DNA of 63,883 nucleotides, counting the filler, from Parasitella parasitica NRRL 2501 (Eukaryota > Fungi > Mucoromycota), in NCBI GenBank assembly GCA_025201805.1. It is 7 parts of 7 records of this genome, joined end to end, with 100 filler letters (N's around TTAATTAATTAA, not from the genome) between each part and the next. Parts side by side here need not be neighbours in the genome. Positions count along the whole stretch, not along the records: positions 4,217 to 29,284 come from MU619451.1; 6 more parts are not named here. One strand, given 5' to 3'. Shown here piece after piece: positions 12,197 to 25,170 of the stretch. The position numbers were made by a program, and so were the translations under genes. Position 1 is the first letter of the stretch. Every line of letters starts with the position of its first letter. Below the pieces are notes generated by a model. The model made no database searches. It saw only the letters and a program-made list of their open reading frames with translations, and was not told the DNA's origin.

Positions 12197-13274
12197 ATGG
12201 GTTGTTCATTGTCGAATTGAACGCTTGTTGCTGGGGAAATGTCTGGAAAGTGGAGGATCCAGATCCAAACAAATTTTCAGCATTTTCCCTTTCGAGTCTC
12301 TCTCTATCCTTTTTTTCTTTTTCTGATGCTTCCTGCTGGCTTAATTGAAGTGCCTTTTCGAGATCATCGTCACCTTGGCGGCGATTCCTTTCTTCCTCTG
12401 CAGCAATTCGTTTGCTTTCGGCTAATGCCTTCTTTAGTTCACTTTCATCATCCCAACGTCCATCAGCACTAGATACACCGCCATTATATTGCCTTACGCT
12501 CTCGTTTAAATAGTCGCCCACGTTTGCCATTCTATCCCTCATGCCTTGTCTTTGACGTCTCTCTTCTTTAAGGCGATTGTCATCTTGCAGCAAATTCGTG
12601 ATATCTTTTGCTTTTTGGCGTACTATCTCGCCGTTTAAATCATCTACGGCCACCATAAGCAAACATGTAACTTACCATTAGCGCCAACATCCTTTCCATT
12701 CTCTTCCACGTGTTGAAATTCTTTCAAAGTCTTCACTACATATATGTTTTCCCTGGCGTACAAAACTACATTTTCAGATCCCACATGCAGGCAGTAATCT
12801 AATAAGAGAAGAGCCTGACCCGAGGAACTTCAGTTGACTAAACACAAAGAACAAAGCTCTCTTTTACCTTGAATACATGACGCCAATTCTTTCCTTTGTC
12901 ATTCAATCTTTTATCAATCATGTCCATAATCTCGATAAAGTCGGACCTTAATAAGGAAATTATGATGTAAGGAGGGAGCAAATGATAGAGAGAAAGAGAA
13001 AAGAAAACGATGAGTGAAAAAGGGAGAATGGTCCTTTGTTAAATATCTATTACTCGTTAAAAGTGAGTTGAGCGATCTCGTTCATCAGAGTGCCACTAGG
13101 TCCCCAAGGATCGTTTGAAGTGGCCTCACGCACTTTAATCTGGACATCGCTGAAGCCTTTTGCAATGTTTTTTCTGTTCCACCATTAGCAATCAATACAT
13201 GGCCATAAACCCCCCCCCATCTCCACATAAAAACATTATACGTACATACTACGAAGAGCGCCTTTTCCAGCCAT
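11051..13274 (-). CDS. ENT1: Epsin (ENTH domain, two UIMs, QxTG repeats, NPF motifs)
   Basis: Spliced N-terminus MAGKGALR...VREATSNDPWGPSG...NWRHVFKALLLLDY; UIMs ELKKALAESK and DLEKALQLSQ; NPF motifs; ends NPNTSFF*. Confidence 0.92.
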
Positions 13275-13492
13275 GTGTGTACAAAGAAGAAATAGGGAAA
13301 GAGAAAAAGAGGAAGAAGAGCCAAAAAAAAAAAGGGAACTCTGAACAATAAAGGAACAGAAATCCGATTGCACGAGTCGTTGATCCCCATCAAGGAGACT
13401 CGAGTAACAACTAACCCTAATCACAACGGTCACATCGGTTCAAGAAAAGTGCCAGAAACATCCATTTCCATTCTCTTCATTGTGTATGACTC

Positions 13493-14994
13493 ATGTCAAA
13501 GATAGAAGCAGAAAAACACAAGGCAAACGGTAGGAGAATGGCTGTACGCCACTCGCTTGAATTTTCATCTCATTTTATTTTGTTGGTCTTAGGAAATAAG
13601 CTCTTTGCAGACAAACGATTCGAAGACGCCATCAAAGAATATACATCAGCTATTGTACGAACTATTATGTTAACTGCGGACCCTCCAACTGATACATAAA
13701 TGCATGCATGAATAGATTAAAGATTCATCTGTGGGCGTCTACTATACAAACAGGGCCCTGTGCTATTCCAAGGTTTGACTCTCTTGACTCTTCTTGATGC
13801 TCAGCTAATTCATTTACAATGACCACAGCTGGAACAATACGACCAGGTCATTACAGATTGTAGACGAGCAATTGAAATTGATCCATCTTTGGGTAAATAA
13901 TGCTTGCTTTTCTTTACTCATTTATTAATCAATTTTGATGGCTATCCATAGTGAAGGCATACTATCTGGTAAGATTTTCAGGTTGATGTCCTCGAGAATC
14001 GTCGTTTCTTATTCATGATGAATGTGTAGATTGGACAAGCTTTGATCGAAAATAAGCAACACACTGAAGGTACAATCTTATTTAATATCTCTACTCCTTT
14101 CTCTCATTTCGTTACATTAGCATTGAAGAAATTAAAGACAGGTACAACAATAGATTTCATGCACCCAATTCATTTTTAAGAAAACTTCTGACAATGAATT
14201 TGTAGGTTATGAATTAGCTATTTTACAAAAGGTTAAATACATAAATGAAATCCTTCAAGCTTTGCTCTTTGCCAGAAAAAGGGTACGTAGGGAGGCAGAG
14301 GAAAATATATTAGGATTTCAAGTTAATCTGTTTGATTTATTCAAGAAATGGGATGATGATGAAGCAATTCGACTTGAGAAAGAAAATGAATTGTTGCGTT
14401 ACGTCAAAGGATTGATTGAGAAAGACAGAGAACAACAAATTGCTGCCGCTAACACCAGTGGTGACGAAGTCATTGACACTATTAATTACAATATCGTAGG
14501 CACATGTAATACAAGTATTAAGCGTCATGAGACTAACCATTCTGCACTATTGAAAAAAAAAAATTAGGAAGAACGTCTTTCTAAAGTTCAAGCTGTTTTT
14601 GTTCAATCCAAAGACAATGCATCGGTATAGTATGAAAATCAGAAATATGCCTTGAAACTTTAATCTTAATTCTATGGAACTACAGAGACGTGAGATCCCT
14701 GACGCCTATTTAGACAAAATATCCTTCAACATCATGCATGATCCTGTTTTCACCCCAGACGGCATCACTTTTGAACGACAATCTTTGCTGGACCATTTTA
14801 ATCGAAACGGCTACTTTGATCCTATTTCAAGAAAACCATGTACAGAGAAGCAACTTATTCCTAATTTATCACTTCGTGAAGCTATTGAAGATTTTTTAAA
14901 GGACAATGGATGGGCTGCAGGTACGATTTTGTGATTTGATTTGATTGTTTTATCATGTCTGCTCACAATTAACTGTTGATGTCTAGACTATTAG
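13493..14994 (+). CDS. STUB1: CHIP/STUB1 TPR + U-box E3 ubiquitin ligase, about 12 exons
   Basis: TPR (GNKLF...AIKEYTSAI, YYTNRALCY); U-box IPDAYLDKISFNIMHDPV.TPDGITFER...LIPNLSL; ends GWAADY* in an 8-nt last exon. Confidence 0.92.
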
Positions 14995-15301
14995 GAATGT
15001 GTATATTGTAATTGTAAAAAGTTATTTTGTATAGTTCATCACAAAATTGTAGACTGTGTGTAGTAATCAACTAGTTCAATTATAACACGTCAAAACTTTT
15101 CTTCCTGCCGTACTTTTTAAGATTTGTTTGATCGAGTGAGTTTATATTCAAGAAATGTATGAGTATTATACTGCGGGTTATGCTTATTGGATACGAATAT
15201 GCTACGGCAAGATACCAAGTTTAATAATTTGATTATTTTAAACACACACGCTAACAATGTTAAAATAACTAGAGGCAAATTTATTGGCAAATATGAGAGA
15301 T

Positions 15302-18167
15302 TTACTGTATTTCCTTACTAACAGTAGGAGTAACTATGATGCTTTCGTTCAAAGCTTCCGTGATGATTTCATCATACCAAGAGGCGTATACTTTTCGATG
15401 ATGATGAGCCAATCTCTGTATCTTCAACGAAATAGATTGTAAATGACTTCTAACGTGCTCCAGCCCGTTACTCGACAGGACAGCGTCTGTAACAAATGCG
15501 TTGTTATGGACTGTGCTCTTAATAACCAAAGCCACACGCCGCGAAAGTAACGTATAGACAGTGTCGTTATGAGACACTGTCTTGTCCACCATGGTCTTCA
15601 CCATTTCTCTTCTTTCGGGTTTGACATTGACCGACAGTTCTATTTCAGAGACCAAGTTGTCGATTGTCGTTGAGCCATCTTCCAGTATAGTAAACAGCTT
15701 GACGGCTAAATCAGACAGTGTCTGGGGACTTGCAGAGCCAAAGTTCCTAGCCAACATAATCAGAGCCGCTACCATGGTTGTTGCTTGCACTTCATTTTGG
15801 AAATCAGCCATGCGTTTAGCATCCAAGGCCAATGTTTCTGGCACCTGCTCAATCCGATCAATGGGTTGAGGCTGACAGAGCAGAGAAACAAATGCGTCTT
15901 CAAAAATGGCATCGTGCGATGGCTTGTTGTTCTTTTGAGGTTGGATACCTTCGGGGTTGCGTTGGGCTGCTACTTGACATAATCTATCTGTTGATTGGGA
16001 AAGCCAAGTCTTTGTGCGTACAAGCTGAATAGTGCCATCATTTAGCATGGATGCGAACTTGTCTCTTTCGTATTCGACAGCCATAGACATGAGGTGCGGA
16101 CGCAGTGATCTTAGCCTAAAATTGGAAAGATCCAAGCTCATGTTCTCCAAAATTTCAATCACTTGCTTGATTTGTTCAGTCATGCTTTCGCTAGATGCGC
16201 GAACCTTTTGAATTTCCTCGTCACGTACGGGAGCGCACATGCTTGCCATCGTGTCCAAGACGTAATGAATCATCGACTGAATATTGAACGAGTTTAACTG
16301 TAACTGCTGCTCGATGATTGTCAGATCAATCGCATCATTAATGCTATTGTGCATGGAAGTGCCAGGACGAACCAAAGACAATAAGCGCTGGAATCAAGAA
16401 TGTTCAGTTTGATACTTTTNNNNNNNNNNNNNNNNNNNNNNNNNTAAATGATTCAACTCACATTTTTCACATCCTTGATTAACGCGGGTAGCGATAGCTG
16501 AGCTGTGCCTTGCTCGATATCCTGCGCAATCTTGTCAAAGAATGCCTTTTCGGCCATCATGCGGACACGTTTTTCCAATTCGTTACTTGGCTCATATCTT
16601 TGCAGCTTGAATTCAGGATCCATAATCAATTCGTGAGCCAACTGCTCGTTTTTCAGGCCTGAGGAAGGTGTGTAGCTGTTCAAAAGTTGGGCTAGTTGTT
16701 TTGGGTTTGCACTGTTGTTGGTTGCATTTCGCTGAGTCTCGTACTCGCCATCCATTTCAGGGGAACGAGGAGTATTCTTTTGTTGCTGCTTTCTTCTTCC
16801 AGTGGATGTGGACGAGGCGGATGCTTCCAATGCTCTCTGCAATATTTCAAGGGCATCGCTTCCGCCTATCTTTTCAAGCTTGGTCTTGACTTGCTGCAGT
16901 TGCTGCTTCAATTGCTCTCCTACAGACTCATCGCCGTTTTGTTGAGCAATGACGGTTTGTCGCAGTGTCGAGAGCTCGACGTAGTAGCTAATCATGTTCC
17001 GTACTAGTTGATCGCAATCTCTGGACTTCCAGGTTTCAAACAACAAGTTATAATCGTTCCAGGCGTCTACAAAGGCAAGTCTGGCAGTTGTAGCGCCTGG
17101 ACGGCCATGCGCACGAAGCCAGGTCTCAAAAAGCTGCAGCATGTTCTTGGATGCGGCATGCAACCTCTGCAATGGATCTTTAGTGGCATGGACTACATCA
17201 TAGCAAAAACTCGTACCTTTTCCTCGGCGCCATTGACGTCCTGCAATACTTCTTTAGGACACATGAGAGTCATGTAAGAAGTCAGGAGGACACGTGCACG
17301 ATGTCTGCTGTCCTCGTCAGTCAGTTTAAGAGCTGTATTCAACACCTTTGTAGTGACGACAATGACTTTAGCCTGATGTAGCAACTGGCCGAGTGAATTG
17401 AACTCGAGCCATGTATTGGGCTGCGAAGGCAAAGGCAACCCCAAATCCCGGAAGGCTCGCAAGATAATTGACCATGATGAAGGCTTCTTCTTGGGAAGCT
17501 GTAGTGCTGGAGACAAGGAAGAGTTTTTGGCAACGGCAGAAGTACTTGGCATAACTACTGTTTTTGTTGCAGGCAAAGAAGAAGAATGATCGACTTTCTT
17601 TGTATTTTCCTGCGCTTTATATCTGCTCAAATGGGCCAATCGTCTTGCTTCTGTCTTTTGCAATCTGCTTTCGAGTTCAGCACGACGTCTCTCTGTAGTA
17701 AAATGACAAATTAAAATTCTCTGGTCTTCCATGTCTTTCTTTTTCACATTACCTTGCTCCTGTTCTGATCTAAGCTGGTTTTGGAGTACAATGCATTTGG
17801 CTCTCTCGACCGTCTTTTTCGAGTTGGCTCGTCGCTGTTCAATGTAGAGATTTCGATTGGTCTCAGCTACTTGCATTGATCTAGACAGTACATTGATTTT
17901 ATCCTGCTGGCGATCCTTGGCTTCTTTAGCGATTCGCTTGACCTTGAGGAAATTCTGATTTAGTCTATTCCGGCGTTCTTCCAAAATAGCCTCTCGTTTG
18001 ATTTCTACTTGGTTCTTCTTATGGTTGCTGCAGTTGGGAGCATTGGAAATGTTGAGATCCCGCTTGAACCTCTTTTCCAGATGATGGGGCTTCTTGGACG
18101 ATTGGTGAAGAGAAACAGCATCCACGGTGTAGAAACCATTCCTCGTTTCGCTTGAGTTTTTGTCCAT
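15302..18167 (-). CDS. T-complex 11 (TCP11/SOK1) family protein
   Basis: NEQLAHELIMDPEFKL, MAEKAFFD, MCAPVRDEEI, MSLDLSNFRL, VEYER and PETLALD motifs across three ORFs joined by introns. Confidence 0.88.
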
Positions 18168-18378
18168 TTTGTAGTGTAGAAGAGTGAAAAAAAAAAAAAA
18201 AAAAAAAGAAACAAGCTACCGTTGATCAAAGGAAACCTCATTTATTGAACGAGCGAGATTTCAGAGACTAAAAACCCTGTGACTATACACGTGTGTCAGT
18301 GCAATGGTCTCTTGTACCCTCCATCCCAAACCTCCTTTCTTTTTTTGTTGCGTATTCCGTTCAGTATAAAAATAGATC

Positions 18379-19593
18379 ATGCCGCAGTGTAGGAACCGCA
18401 TTCTGCTTGTTGGGCAGTTATACCAAGATACTATACTACATGTTGGTCGATTTCCAGACCAAGATACCAAGATTAGAGCAAAGGATGTCCAGCAAAGAAC
18501 GGGAGGCAACACATGCAACACAGCAAAAGTACTGGCTCAATTTGGGGATATCAATGTATGCTACATGTCTGCTGCCGGATCCCGTGAATCATCCAGGTAA
18601 GTAAATAAAAAACCACCAGGATACACACATCATTCAGCAGCTGTCGTACATTTGCAAGTCATATTTTTGAATCACTGCAAGAGCAGCACATCGAGACCAA
18701 TGGCACCATCATATACAGAAAAGACAAAATGCTGCCATTCTCTGTAATTATTCACAACGAGGAGTCTGGATCACGAACCATCGTATCCAGTAACGAGTAA
18801 TTAACATATTAAAAATGATAAATTGTTTGTTTATTTGTGTACATTAATCTATTTAAAGTTTGCCAGATTTGACCTGCGAGGAATTTGTGCAAGTATTCAC
18901 CAAGATCAATAAACACAACCAGTGGTGGGTTCATTTCGAAGGTCGGAACATTGATGAAACCGTCAAGCAAATTGACTGGCTAGACAGGAAAGCGTCAGAA
19001 GAACGCTGGAGGAATGACTTGACAATATCAGTCGAAGTGGAGAAGCCCGAGAGAGAAAATATTGATTTACTCATTGAAAGGGTGCACTACATGCCAACAA
19101 AATGCATAATGACATGCTACTTATATGTTGTAAATAGGGAGACGTCGTCTTTTTTTCCAAGCTATATGCTCAGCATCATCAATTCACCGATGCTCTTTCA
19201 TTTTTAAGCGAATCACCATTACTACAGCTGAAGCTGAAGCCGAGGTAAATTATTTTCGAAGCTTGAAAGCCCATTTTAACTATTGCTTCATTATTCTTAT
19301 AAAATAGTGCAATTGCATTCTGTACCGACGGATCCAAAGGTGCTTCTGCATTATATAACCAAACAAAGCAAGCCTATCAAACCATCCCTCCATTTATGGA
19401 AAAAGTGGTAGATACAGTGGGCGCAGGAGACACTTTTAATGCTGGCATCATTCTGCACCTGTCACAGAATACTTTGCAAATTGAGGATGCGTTAAAGTTT
19501 GCATGCCGTTTGGCAACAAGAAAGGTGGCACAACAAGGCTTCGAACATTTAGTCACTAACTGCAGTGATCACGACACATCACTTGATGCTTGA
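18379..19593 (+). CDS. pfkB-family carbohydrate kinase, ketohexokinase-like
   Basis: RTGGNTCNT, SGSRTIV, WVHFEGRN, ISVEVEKP, and VVDTVGAGDTFNAG (pfkB signature); multi-exon. Confidence 0.88.
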
Positions 19594-20676
19594 AAAGTAT
19601 CACAAATGATGTCGTTCCTTCTGCTTACCAGATATGCAGTAGTAGCTTGGACAGTTAGTAAGTGTCACAAGGCAATTTAACCATAAAAAAAAACATCCAA
19701 ATGTGTGTCATGTTCTTTGCTGAGAACGCTGTTCAATTTGTCATATTCAATATTTTTACGCTGCTTTGACGCAATAAAATGAACAAAGTAATCCGCAATG
19801 TTTGTAGATAGCTTTTTGTCTAATAAAACTTCTCTGCATCAGGTAGAGTTTTTATTTTTATTTTTATTCACTAGGAACCAGACTTGAAAATTGCAATCGA
19901 CGTGTCAGATCAAAAATGTTGTATCGAATATCTATTTAAAACATCGACAGTGCCCCCTGGATCAAGATTGTGTGTACCACGGAAGAGAAATATTCAGAGT
20001 GAAAGAATGAATATCCTGCTACGCATGCTTGCCAAGCAACTTTCACGTAGTTTTTTATCAGTACCCTTAGCATTTCTAACCGGTTGAAGCAGGATTCGGA
20101 GCTCTTTGAGGGTATATCAGTCTCTCAACATATAAAGATTACAACCTTGTAATAATATCTTGAACTGCGTCGTTTTGTTTTTCTTTCATTTGTGCAGTAC
20201 ACCATTTGCTAAAATCTTGTCCAGCAATGTCTAGAACAATTTTGTGCTTCTAAAACACCGAGTATATAATTTATAAGGCCTGTGAAAGCTTGTTTCCGTC
20301 AGAGTAAAAATTAGCAATGTCTTGGTATATGATTGATACCATACCAAACTTTACAAGATCAAGCGGAAATGAATAAACTGATGAGCGCAATACTAATTAC
20401 ACAGCCGCTCATCTTTTTCTAACCAAGCATTAAAAGGAAGATAAGAATTCGGATAACAACAAGTTCTTGAAGAGAGCTTATCTATATTTGAACCCTTATA
20501 CAGTAAAACACAAATGTTATCTATATTTATATATTTATTAATATCACGCTATCAAGTAAATTACAGTTATATAGTATAAGGCTGAAGAAGGATATAATTG
20601 GAACTTTGAAAAACAAACAAACCGACAATGCAGCATTGGCAGTAGCAACGGTAAAAGAGGTTGAGGGTAGTTGTCA

Positions 20677-21759
20677 TTAGGAAAAAGTAGATTTAACTGA
20701 TGAAGATGATGGGGATGGGGATGGGGATGGTAATGGTGATGGTGATGGTGGAGCGGATCTTGAGGGGGAACCCATTCTTGAAAAAAGAGAAGGTATGTCT
20801 TCGAACAAAGTTGGGATTGTTGTGCTTGATGAGGGTGCTTTTGATGCTTGTTCTGATGCTTTTGCTGTGTTTTTACGGTTAACATTTGCAACAATCTCCA
20901 GCATTATTAATGATGTTAATAAACTTTTTTCAGAGCTGCCGTTATAGATGCTTGAAGCGCTGGCACTTTTCCCTTGCAGGTCCATGATTGTCATAACAGA
21001 CTCTACAGTTTTCAGTATTTCTTTTGTTTGTGATAGCAACTGCGTAATGTGCTCAAGTTCTTTTGCGAGTTTATCTCTATGAGCCTCCAAATTTTGTTGG
21101 AATGAGTCTGGCTCTAGAATTAGATTGGATAAAACAGAGGCAATGGGCGGTAATCCAGATAGAGATAAAGTTGAAATGTCACTTTTTACTGCAGTGCTTG
21201 CTCCAAGGCTAATTAGTGATCGAATTGTATCAAGAATGATTTGCTGATTTTTTGCATTTACATGATTGCAATGAATGGAGTCGTTCTCTTTTGGTGCTGA
21301 TAACGTACTGCACTTTCGTTTGAGTGATTCTAGTTGAGAATGACTACGATATCGCTGATGACAATTTTGCTGATATATATTTAGGTTAAGCTGCTGCTTT
21401 ATTTGCTTCTGCTCCATGGTCTCTGTATCCATATCGGACAATGCAGGAGATGACGGAGACGGATTTTCTGCTACTATCGATTGCTGATGAAGACTATTGA
21501 ATCTTTTGCGTCGTTTGATAACATTCCTTTTCATCGTAATAGGCCTTTGAACATTATGTAGCTTGTAATATAATCCACAAGCATTGCAAATTGTATTTCC
21601 AGTTTCATCTCTTCGCCAAAGCGGAGTTGCCGTAGTTTCACAATTGTAACATTTTACGGTAGGAGAATTCCAGCGAATGCTGCTATGCTGCCAACATTGA
21701 CGGCAACCTTGACAGCTTTCTTTCAAGTGTTGGTCTGATGCAGTATGCTGTCCTTCCAT
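20677..21759 (-). CDS. GATA zinc-finger transcription factor
   Basis: [37 protein letters not shown]...IKRRKR; single exon. Confidence 0.92.
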   Translation of the reverse strand: MEGQHTASDQHLKESCQGCRQCWQHSSIRWNSPTVKCYNCETTATPLWRRDETGNTICNACGLYYKLHNVQRPITMKRNVIKRRKRFNSLHQQSIVAENPSPSSPALSDMDTETMEQKQIKQQLNLNIYQQNCHQRYRSHSQLESLKRKCSTLSAPKENDSIHCNHVNAKNQQIILDTIRSLISLGASTAVKSDISTLSLSGLPPIASVLSNLILEPDSFQQNLEAHRDKLAKELEHITQLLSQTKEILKTVESVMTIMDLQGKSASASSIYNGSSEKSLLTSLIMLEIVANVNRKNTAKASEQASKAPSSSTTIPTLFEDIPSLFSRMGSPSRSAPPSPSPLPSPSPSPSSSSVKSTFS

Positions 21760-22106
21760 TATTGACTATTTTTTGATGTAATGATGGATATATAGTAAAA
21801 AGAAATGTAATCTGTAGTATTTATACTTTATCAGACACGTTGAGATACAATTCTGTTTACCGTTGTATACAAATAAGAAAAAAAAAAAATAGATAACCCA
21901 TCCTTGATAAGATATTGACAATTTGAGGGGTTTATCATATCATTTTTAATGTATGAAGCTGATAATTTGGAGCTGCTTCCCCGCAAAGCCGTTTCTGATA
22001 GAGGATTGTGTAACTGGTATCTATCCTTTCGTTTCAAGGCGTGTGACTTTTTGGATATACACCCTTATCTATTTACTATGTTTAATCTTGCTTCGTTCTT
22101 CATAAT

Positions 22107-23938
22107 ATGCCTATTATTCTTTATTTGTTGCTGATCTGGTCCATTCATTTGCTGGTTGCCAAGATACATTGCATTGATTCCCAGCAACAACACCAGCAAC
22201 AGGTGCTGGCAAGGAATATGTCGTCCCTTAAAAAGAACTATCGCATTCGCGTGAAACAACCAATATCATCGTGCGAAAATGCTACTCAAGTAAACTACTA
22301 CCACATGGACATGTGCCGTTGAAAATTAAGCGAATTTTTGTATTGAAATAGTATTCTGGCTATATAGATAATTTGGAAACAGATGAGCATGTGTTTTTTT
22401 TGTTTTTGCCGTCTAGCTTTTCGCCTAAAACTGATCCTGTCGTTCTAATGTTGCATGGCGAATTTGATTGCTCTTCCATAATGGATTCTTGGTTCCAAAC
22501 CGGGTATGTTCTTGATGATAATAGCCCAGTGCAATTGCTAAAAAAAAATGGCATTTATATTTTTTTTTTATAGACTTTGTCTGATAAAAAAGTCATCTGG
22601 CATCGAGACCAATCCATTTAGTTTCAATCATATTGGTAATTTGTTGTACATTGAACTGGTAAAACACTATGCAGACTTCCAGTAGAACAAGTCTAACATG
22701 AAAACATAGCCGAGCAACGTTGGATTTAGCCATAGATCAAAAGGCAAATCAACGACGAACAATGCACATATTGTGGAGAGCATCTATCAATTCCTCCAGT
22801 CTTTTTTCACAGAATTTCACGAATTTTCACTGAACGATTTTCATATGTCTGGCAGTGCCTATGGTATTTTTTTCGAACATGAAAGCTATACTTGTGTACT
22901 GAGCGTACTGTATTGAACCAGGCACTCAGTATATCCCACCACTGGCGACCCGTATTATCCGTGAAAATAGATATGCCGAGTCCAGAAACAAAATACCCAT
23001 TCAACTAAACTCAATTATTCTTGGAAATGGCCTAATCAACCCGCGTGTTCAGGATTTATCGTATGTTGATTATGCCTGTGATAACGATGATGAGCAATGC
23101 AAGTACCAAAACAAGGGACGAAACTCACGCTGACATTTCTGCCGATAGATAAGCCAATTTATGACAAAATCACTTGTCAGACGATGCTGAATAATCGCAG
23201 GAAGTGCGATTATTTGCTAGACCATTGCAAAACCGCGATACAGCCATCCGCATCATGCATTCCTGTTTCTATTTTTTGCAGCAAAACTCAACTAGACCCG
23301 TTTACGAAAACTGGTTTAAATCCTTACGATATCCGTAGAAAGTGCACTTATCAATCTCAGCGTCCTGAAGCCATTCCAAAATACTGCTATCCGGACATTG
23401 CTTCTATTGAAAACCATTTAAATCAGCAGAAAATTAGAACAGAGTATGGCATAGATTTTGAAGCTGGTAACAGAAATTCAGAGTATGTAGACCATTTTGG
23501 ATAATAATATGTATGGTACACTCATACATAAAGGGCTTAGATTTAAGTCAACTATGCTTGATATAGAAAAAATACTAGCTACCCCAGTGAGAGTTTTAGT
23601 GTACGTTGGTGATATGAACTACAAGTACAATTGGCGTGGTCAGAAGACATGGCTATCACAACTCGATTGGGTAGGCCAAGCTGAATTTAACAAAGCAAGT
23701 GATAAGGATTGGATAAGCTATGTGTCTGGCACAAAAGCGGGCACAGTCAAGACGTGGCAAAACATTGCCTTTGTAAAAGTATTTGAGGCAGGTCAATTTG
23801 TAAGTACACACTTTTTTAAAAAGAGAAAAAACATTATGATTGATTTATTATTGTGCGTATTAGGCGATCTATGACCAACCAGCAAATATGATTGATTTGT
23901 ATTCAAGGTGGATGCTAAATATGTCATTGAGCTATTAA
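22107..23938 (+). CDS. Secreted serine carboxypeptidase S10 homologue, predicted catalytically inactive
   Basis: Signal peptide; S10 landmarks DPVVL.L.G..CSS, P.NVGFS, IILGNGL, NPYDIR, VLVYVGD, AG.F..YDQP; triad residues substituted (see findings). Confidence 0.8.
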
Positions 23939-24624
23939 ACTAGAATAAAGCTTAAACCAATGACAACAATCGTAATTATGATACGGAACACAGGCACCAA
24001 TGCTGCTGCCTTGTTGATGCCTTTAGGGAATCTTCCAGCGGAGATTTGGTTGTTAAGGCTTCCAGGTGTCTTTGGATCAGGCACAACTGGAATGTAAGCA
24101 TTTAGCACAAATTTAAATGAGCATAACAAATGTGCACTTACTTGAAGACGCTCCAATAATTCTTAAATTGCCAGATTGACAGGACTCAGGAGCCTTCCCT
24201 AAAGTCATGTAATAAGCATTTGAAGGAACTAGTGTCCTTGGCAATTCCACTTCTATATGACCTAGGGAAGTCGATACGTTCGTTGCGATTATTATAGGTG
24301 TTGTTACACCGTCTGATTGAACCAAATATATACTTGGGAACACAGTTGCATGAGAATTAGCCCTATTGTTCACTGCTCTTTAAATTTCATATTCTAATCA
24401 GTCTAGTCATTGCTGTTACCACATAATCTTCATTTTTTCTCCAGCTGTTACAATAGTATTGCCGATTGGATTTATCACTAATTTTTTTTTTTTTTTTTTC
24501 ACGATGAGACCAACAATTGTGTTGTCAGCTGATTCCCTGCTTTACCTGTGCAGCCTCCTACAGCATTGCTCACCAATGCATTAGCTAAAGCTGTCAGTAA
24601 GGCTAGAAAAAAAAGTATCTTCAT
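23935..24624 (-). CDS. Small secreted, probably GPI-anchored protein (Kre9/Ser-Thr-GPI-like Ig fold)
   Basis: Signal peptide MKILFFLALLTALANA, a beta-rich middle, and a hydrophobic C-terminus (VFRIIITIVVIGLSFILV*); GT-AG introns. Confidence 0.7.
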
Positions 24625-25170
24625 AAAATCAAACCGCAAAGAAAAAAAAGAAGCCGAAAATGCCATTGCAGAAGCACAATTTATAATAAAAAAATGCGAA
24701 GGAATAAACATGGAAATTTATTTTTTTGGTTTTATTTTGCTTCAATGAGTTTGACTTGAGCAGAAAAAAATACCTTGGATTCTTGATAATGCTTTTATTA
24801 GAAAATAGTCGGTTGATTGTGCGTTAAACGAGATTGCATCCACACTGACACACCGTCTCGTTGGATGTCATATTGATACCTTTCTGAGCAGAGAACAATT
24901 GCATAATCAAATTGACAAACAAACATCGGAAATTGCCCTAGACAACTCATTGCGATAATAGCTCACATATGGCTTTATATATGCACGACTGACTCTGCTC
25001 ACAAGATTATATTGGCTTGGCCATGATCCAGTATTCACTTTTCACTTTTCAGAGCTGTTTGCATCGCTCGAACGCCATGAAAAATGGTCACGAAGCCTGG
25101 GATAGTTACCCAACTGAAGTTTTGGTTTGACAAAGATTAAGAGCTTGTTTATCTATTCTTTCGTTCGATA

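Noticed and set aside
12114-12472. Leucine-rich ORFs antisense to polyQ tracts (also 33248-34393)
   Set aside because: Shadows of CAG/CAA repeats in real genes on the other strand.
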